Position numbers and translations under genes: made by a program | Shown here: one piece after another, positions 57,284 through 64,000 of the stretch | Layout: each line of letters opens with the position of its first letter | Position numbering within the stretch: position 1 is the first letter of the stretch | Assembly (NCBI RefSeq): GCF_006345805.1 | Contig: NC_042997.1 | Location: 148,490,001-148,554,000 of the forward strand | DNA from: Octopus sinensis | Lineage: Eukaryota | Length of the DNA: 64,000 bases | Reading direction: 5' to 3' | The notes under the pieces: model-generated | Database searches by the model: none | Seen by the model: only the letters and a program-made list of their open reading frames with translations | Told to the model about the DNA's origin: nothing

Positions 57284-57829
57284 TATATATATATATATAT
57301 ACACACATTCATACCAACGAATATATATTTTTACATGACTTTCAGATATGATGTTTACTACTAGTAAATGGTGAGAGATTTGTAATGGAAAATAAATTTA
57401 TTGCTTTGTTTTTATCATATATTTATAACTTTATATTCTAATTTAGTATTTATATGGTTGAAATATTTAAAGTATAGTCATCCAACCATCCAGCCATCCA
57501 CAAACTTAATTCATTAAGTTCAAATAGTTTTTTTGCAAATATATTTGCTTCGAAGAGTATAACAATAATTAGAAACATACATATTAACCCTTGGGTGTCA
57601 AATCTAAATAGAACTGAAATAATTCATTACGTATTCATAACAGTAAATACACTGCCCTATTCCCATTCAAATTAAATCCTTCTATTTTCTGGCTTGGATA
57701 ATTTTTTTTTAAATGCCCACAAACTTATATCAATTGACCATCAATAATGTGAACGTTATGTTTGTTGTGCATTTTTGGGAATTAACAGATGGTAATAAGG
57801 TAAAGGTTTTTCTTTTTCCTTTTATTTCA

Positions 57830-58440
57830 TAAGGATTTCATTATGTGAGGAAGTGCAACATCCATGCCTTTAAGTTTCTTCAGTCAAGAGAAAGATCTAT
57901 TGTTTCCTTGGCTTTTAGGGCACAATATCTCGTCTGTTTCTGTTGTGTGTAGGAATGTCGAACTTGTTGACAGTTTCACTTATCACAGCAGTGTGACCCA
58001 TAGCGGTATTAGCTGCAAGTCTGAAGACTAAAAATGACTGGGGCGGGCTTGTAGACATACTGGATAATGGTATTTGGCGCTGCTGATATCTAGGCAGAAA
58101 TACAAAAGCTTGTGGGTTAAGGCCTCTGGTTCTCCTTCTCTTGTTCCAGGGTTGACAGAGCTGAGCTCTGTCCAGAGCCGTCAGGAACGGTCTGATTTCC
58201 TTTGATACCAAGACAGCTTACAAGATCATGTTACCATTTCTCTGATTTCTCAGCAAACAAATGTCATGCGTTCTGCTACTTGGTCTATGTGGTTTGATAA
58301 TATTTTCCTAGTTGGATACTGCATATTATGTCTTCTTCTCCGAGCAGCCGGCAGAGGGTGACACCCACATGTCACATGGCCTTATAGATGAGGAAATATC
58401 TCATAGACATTGCCACTGACTGGGACACAGCTGGGAAATC
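57830..58440 (-). mobile_element. Decayed non-LTR (R2/Hero-like) ORF fragment
   Basis: VSKEIR, QPWNK, SFLV and LPHIMKS (cf. LxHILxxC) appear in a plausible order; GC content is elevated. Confidence 0.4.
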
Positions 58441-58747
58441 ACTCTATTAGAAATAACACAGTCACGTTTTTACAACACAACGCGCATTTTAAAATGGGAC
58501 ACTTTGCACCTTTGACAGGGTGTAATGAGAAGTTGAATATCATTGCAAATAATATATATATTCGTCACATATGATCCGAAGCTATGTAATATTATTAAAC
58601 GATAATTTCAACAGAGTTGAAACTTAATCTAGAACATTATTGACATACATACAAGAAATCACGAATTCATAAGTTTTAGTGTAAATTTAGAGAATATATA
58701 TTACTAGTTAATAATATTATAGAAGTATGTCAATATATAAATGACGT

Positions 58748-58874
58748 GGAGGCGCAATGGCCCAGTGGTTAGGCAGCGGACTCGCGGTGTTTATTGAGTG
58801 AAAACACATAAAAAGCTCCAGGAGACAGCGGCAGGGTTTTGGCGACCCCTGTTTTAGTTTTACTCTTTCGTAAC

Positions 58875-58939
<65 letters not shown>

Positions 58940-59068
58940 TACTGTTTCTTGAGTAACGCTGCGATGGACTGGCGTCCTATCCAGCTGGTGGACACATACG
59001 CCACAGAAACCGGGAAACCGGGCCCATGAGCCTGGCTAGGCTTGAATATGGCGAGGTTGTTTTGTTTT
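58748..59068 (+). mobile_element. SINE, family A head with internal (CT)n
   Basis: TSD-like TATATA(A/G)ATGACGT at 58734-58747 and 59069-59082; tail shared with 14255-14355. Confidence 0.88.
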
Positions 59069-59264
59069 TATATAGATGACGTTGCATCTTTGTACAAGTA
59101 TTAAATTTCTGCCCACGTATACAGTTTAGCGAATCACTGGAGCTGTTCTCAATTCTGGTGCTTTAGATGTGGAATGCTTATAATATTTGAATCGTTAGTT
59201 TAATATCTGTTACTTGTCACTGTGAATTTTTCAGAATATGCAACTATTCCTTTCTATACGTTAT

Positions 59265-59511
59265 AGACAGAACGATAAAGAGCATTCCCGAGTCATATAG
59301 GATTATAGGGCCAGTCTCCAGATTTTTAGGGGCGCATATATTTCCCTTCGGGACGCGACGCCGCTCCGTCGCAGGATTACACACTTTTTTCAGCTGGTGC
59401 AACACGAAATTAAATATTTTTCTCAAGAACACAACACGTCACTCGGTCCAGGAATGGAAACCACCACCTCGTGGTCATGGATCCAACACCCTAACCACTA
59501 AACCACGCGCA
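59265..59511 (-). mobile_element. SINE, family D-like head
   Basis: Reverse complement GCGCGTGGTTTAGTGGTTAGGGTGTTGG..TGTGTTCTTGAG. Confidence 0.75.
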
Positions 59512-59783
59512 TCCCCTTCATGCATAATATTCTTGTTGGATTACATATCCGACTGAAACGTCAATCCATTTCTCGCTTTTGAAATATTTTCGTGTACTTT
59601 GCTTTACGATGGTAGTATATGCTGAGAGAAAACCTAATGAAGATTGAACTAGATGAATTCCATTTACAGTGACAAAGTAACAGATATTAAACTAACGATT
59701 CACATGTTATGAGGATTCCACACCTAAAGCACTAGAATTGAAAACAGCTCTAGCGCTTCCCTTATCTGTATACGTGCACGAAA

Positions 59784-59824
<41 letters not shown>

Positions 59825-59856
59825 ATAGGAAGCTGTATATGAATCGATAGATAGAT

Positions 59857-59913
<57 letters not shown>

Positions 59914-60049
59914 TGGTAATGGCCAAAGCATTTTCCTGTTTATCCTAAACGTCCACTTTGTTTTCAGACTAATAGTGACCCCTTGTTTGAATCCTTCTGA
60001 GTAATATAAAATATTCCCTTCATAAATCACATGTTATCCTGGTATCTGA

Positions 60050-60620
60050 GAGAAGAAAGTTATATATCATATAAAATGTATGGACGCTGGGAAACATGCC
60101 TTCTGTATTATAGGTTATACACAGGGCAGGTTAAAGGTTAAAATATGCATTTTCAATGCTGCATATAATTTTAGGTATACACATGTTAATACTCCTGTAA
60201 ATCAGGCATAAAAATCAGGTTAATAATGAGCAATGAATCGATATGAAATAAGGAGAAAATAGCGAAAATATGCAGATAATGATCCACTATATTCCACAAT
60301 ATTGAGCAATTGTCAAACATTTAAATTTAAGCAGTTACATTTTATATGGACTATTTTATATGAGCAACGTGCGCACAACCTTTTAGAAGTAAAAGTTTTA
60401 AAAATTCTATGGTCGGAGCTCAGATACATATATTCTTTAAATGTTGTACATTGCACGTTAATATGCCGAGGGATGGATGCAATCGACTTTAAACTGGCAT
60501 GATAGGGAAATAAATTTCACTTTTGTCACGGAATGAACCTCAAAATTACACGAATAAAAATTCTATGTACAGTTCTGCCTTGTTTGAAATGTCCACTTAA
60601 TACATGAGAAACTGTGATGG
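60050..60620 (+). mobile_element. Decayed BEL/Pao RT
   Basis: KICIFNAA (cf. KxRxVFDAA), FKQL, KILW..YSLNVV and KFYVQFCL (about 60558, cf. FYVDDCL) in order. Confidence 0.55.
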
Positions 60621-61105
60621 AAAGATCAGGAAAGTTATACGAATGTAGCGAATGGCTATTACAGCTTAAAGTAGAATAACAAGTATGCATCCATTATAAG
60701 CCTATGTGCGTGAGTATACGTAGGGTCTATTCGATCGAACCAGTTGATAACCATGACAGGTATAGATAAAATTTCATAACATTTTCTTGTAAATATAGTG
60801 TCACTTACACGACCAGTCTGAAAATCTGGGGAACAAAACAAAATCGTCACGCGCTTTCAAATTCAAATTTATTCGGATTGCCAGAAATGCCACAAAAACT
60901 GACACGTGAAGTCAAGTCTTTACAGTTCGATCACATATTTACGTATCACTGATTAAGTAGTGTATAGTTGTACACTCTACCTCTGCGCATCGGTTTATAA
61001 ATCTATGGAATAATGATTATATCCGAAGCGTTTGACAAACACACCCATCACACAAACGTACATGTATGTTCACTATAGAGATATGTATGTTTATACGTTT
61101 ATATA

Positions 61106-61430
61106 TCTCTTTTCCTCTTTTACTTGTTTCAGTCATTTGACTGCGGCCATGCTGGAGCACCGCCTTTAGTCGAGCAAATCGACCCCAGGATTTATGATTT
61201 GTATGCTTAGTACTTATTCTATCGGGCTCTTTTGCCGAACCGCTAAGTTACGGGGACGTAAACACACCATCATCGGTTGTCAAGCGATGTTGGGGGGATA
61301 AACACAGTCACACAAACATAGACACACATACACACATACCTATATATATGTAGAAAACACTTGCCCAAGGTGCCACGCAGTGGCACTGAACCCAGAACCA
61401 CGTGGTTGGTAAGCAAGCTCCTTACCACAT
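61106..61430 (-). mobile_element. SINE family B
   Basis: Reverse complement of 25354-25768. Confidence 0.9.
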
Positions 61431-62222
61431 CTATAGCCGCTATAGATGTATAGACATACATGTGTTTGGACATTTATACATATGCATGTATACACATATG
61501 TATGTATATAAGTTCAACTCTGTGTGTGTATGTGTGCGTGTGTGTGCGTGTAATAGAGAGAGTGACATCTATAATTAAAGAGGTTATTTAAGACTGGAGT
61601 GAGAGAGTAGATAATTGACATATATAAAAAACGTTTGACGTTTTGAGATGCGATGAATGGCGAAAAGTATAACAATAAAATAATAATAATGATAAACCAA
61701 TAGTTAACGAATAATAATAACGAAGAAAATGTGCAAATCTAGGTTCTGTGCAATATGTAGGTAATTATTGGAGTAATAATGATGGATAATCTACATTCGT
61801 TGGATGTTCAGTGAATATTGTGTCTACGAGAAGAGGTTTTGTATACATTTTGAATTATGCAAACGGCTTCTGAAATTGTGAATGTAAAATAATTAACTTA
61901 TAACAATGGATGTTTTGTTAGAACTGGAAAATATTAGTGAAACTAAAAAGACTTGTCTTTACAATGGTATAATTGAGATATTTTTGAAGTAATTTAGAAG
62001 GAATTGGTATTTCAATTAAATTTAATTAAAGACTTGGAAAAATTGAAAGGACAACGAAGATAATAAGTCAATTAATTTTCTTTTCAAAGGGTATTAACAA
62101 AATATAAATCACTTCTCCTGTCAGCTGAGCTGTATTCATACGTATAGATATACGTACATATAAATGTATACGTTTATATACACACACACGCACACACACA
62201 CACACACGTATGAGAGTGTGTC

Positions 62223-62264
<42 letters not shown>

Positions 62265-62266
<2 letters not shown>

Positions 62267-62659
62267 CTTTTATTCTTTTACTTGTTTCAGTCCTTTCACT
62301 GCGGCCATGCTGGAACACCAACTTTAGTCGAGCAAATCGACCCCAGGACTTATTTTTTATAAGCCTAGCACATATTCTATCGACCTCTTTTGTCGAACCG
62401 CTAAGTTTAGGGGACGTAAACGCAACAGCATCGGCTATCAAAACACAGATACATGCACACACACACGCACATACACACACAAGTACACACACACACATAT
62501 ACGACGGGCTTATTTCAGTTTCTGTCTACCAATTCCACTCACAAGGCTTTGACTTGAGGTTATAGTAGAAGACACTTACCGACGGTGCCACGCAGTGGGT
62601 CTGAACCCGGGACCATGTGGCTGGTAAGCAAGCAAGCTACTTACTACACAGCCATTCCT

Positions 62660-62663
<4 letters not shown>
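62265..62663 (-). mobile_element. SINE family B
   Basis: Reverse complement of 25354-25768. Confidence 0.9.
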
Positions 62664-62694
<31 letters not shown>

Positions 62695-63516
62695 TACCTT
62701 TCCTTAATCCCTTCAGCCACACCACGTCCACCACACGACTTGTTTTGTCATAGTCACTAGACAGAGGAACATAGCGTGCACTGCCTTGTTAAAGGTGGAT
62801 GGTGTGTCTGCCTCCAGCTAGGACTCTCCCGATAGCGGATTCATCCCAAGCAAGGATAGCTAGTGTTTCCACAAGCTAGCAATGCTCAGACATTGCACGA
62901 TGCGTGCATAACCATTTCCTCGTTCTGCACCTGACACGCCTGTAGAGTTTACCTTGAACCAGCAATACTCCGTGGTAACACTGTCAGGCTAGAGATTTCT
63001 GGAAATTACTCATGGCACATCTGGGCCCGCACGTTCTCCGAAACAGACCAGCCAGTTCATCCTGGTTGGTACCCAGACTTTTCCCGAAAATGCCATCGCT
63101 GTTATCCACCACTAGATTTCAATATAACGTACATTTCCACCGACCTCATTGTTCGACTGTTAGTGTCGTAAGCGCCTGACGACTTTCAAGATACTAGAAC
63201 CAATGCGAGATCAACAACTGACATGCACTTCTTCAACAATAGCACAATTTATTGATTACATCAAAATTGAATTTCGGTTTCACAAATGCACCACGTCCAA
63301 ATTTTCAAGGGAGAGCTATCGAACGCACGTAGCATTATCCTAGACAGAAATACCGAAATAGAAGAATATGAACCGAGGATGTTATAAGCATTTAACTGTT
63401 TGAAGAGCAAGTGGAATTAAGGAGCCACTAATTAGAGAATGGTTAATAAAAGAATAGAAACCTTATTATTTCTAAATCTCTCAACGAGAGAGATACAGTG
63501 ACAGTACTTTAAAGTA

Positions 63517-63832
63517 AAGATTATTTGACCACATAATGTGGCAATACCGGTTGGTATGAATGTAACTGTTGTTTTAGTCCCAGGAAACATCCTCTCCAGC
63601 TGGCTATATATTTTTGTCTCCAGCAATCCACGTCATATACAGCTGTCCTTATATTTTCGTACAGGGGAGTTTAGCACCACCACTCTGAGTGGAGGTGGTA
63701 GCTCCCCTGTTCGAAAATATAAGGACATAGATGTGTGTCCTATAGCCAGCTGGAGGCGATGTTTCCTGGGGCTAAAATGTCAGTAACCTTCATCCCAACC
63801 GGGACTGCTACATTAAGTTTGCAAATAATCTT
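63517..63832. repeat. ~315-bp fold-back palindrome
   Basis: Centred on CACTC-T-GAGTG (63686); GTCCTTATATTTTCG pairs with CGAAAATATAAGGAC, and CCCAGGAAACATC with GATGTTTCCTGGG. Confidence 0.9.
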
Positions 63833-64000
63833 AATTTTAATAAAAGAATGATGTTTTGAAAACCGAGTTAAGTGACTTGAGGTCATAAACACGTTACCCT
63901 TGCCTGTAAACAAATATAACTTGAGTGTTATTCACTTGCCTAACTCCGAGATCAACAATGTTGACATCAACATCCGAAACCTGGCAAACGCTAGTTTCAA

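Noticed and set aside
62695-63180. GC-richer segment that might be an exon
   Set aside because: No ORF of 60 aa or more and no recognisable motif; it starts at a (TA)n edge like other TE fragments, so it is left unclassified.

Overview
Very AT-rich, microsatellite-dense animal DNA. The tRNA-derived SINE families, repeat density and composition point to an octopod cephalopod (inferred, not verified). I found no intact host gene; most of the longer ORFs in the track come from (AT)n/(ATAC)n/(AAT)n repeats and the rest are short or TE-derived. The window is a layered transposon graveyard. (1) Most of the unique-looking DNA reads by eye as about 10 very old, frameshifted BEL/Pao LTR-retrotransposon pol fragments (RT, RNase H, integrase and DUF5641 motifs in canonical order), all on the minus strand between about 10 and 46 kb. 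(2) Younger insertions sit on top: a hAT/Charlie-Buster transposon, a mariner relic, Penelope-like elements (PLEs), RTE and RLE-type LINE ends, and more than 20 SINE copies. (3) There are several minimal type I hammerhead ribozyme motifs: one nearly intact in a PLE inverted/direct repeat, one in a ~348-bp tandem unit, and one decayed copy forming the tail of a tRNA-headed SINE. Two tandem duplications look like long-read assembly errors. All motif calls are by eye and need HMM confirmation.
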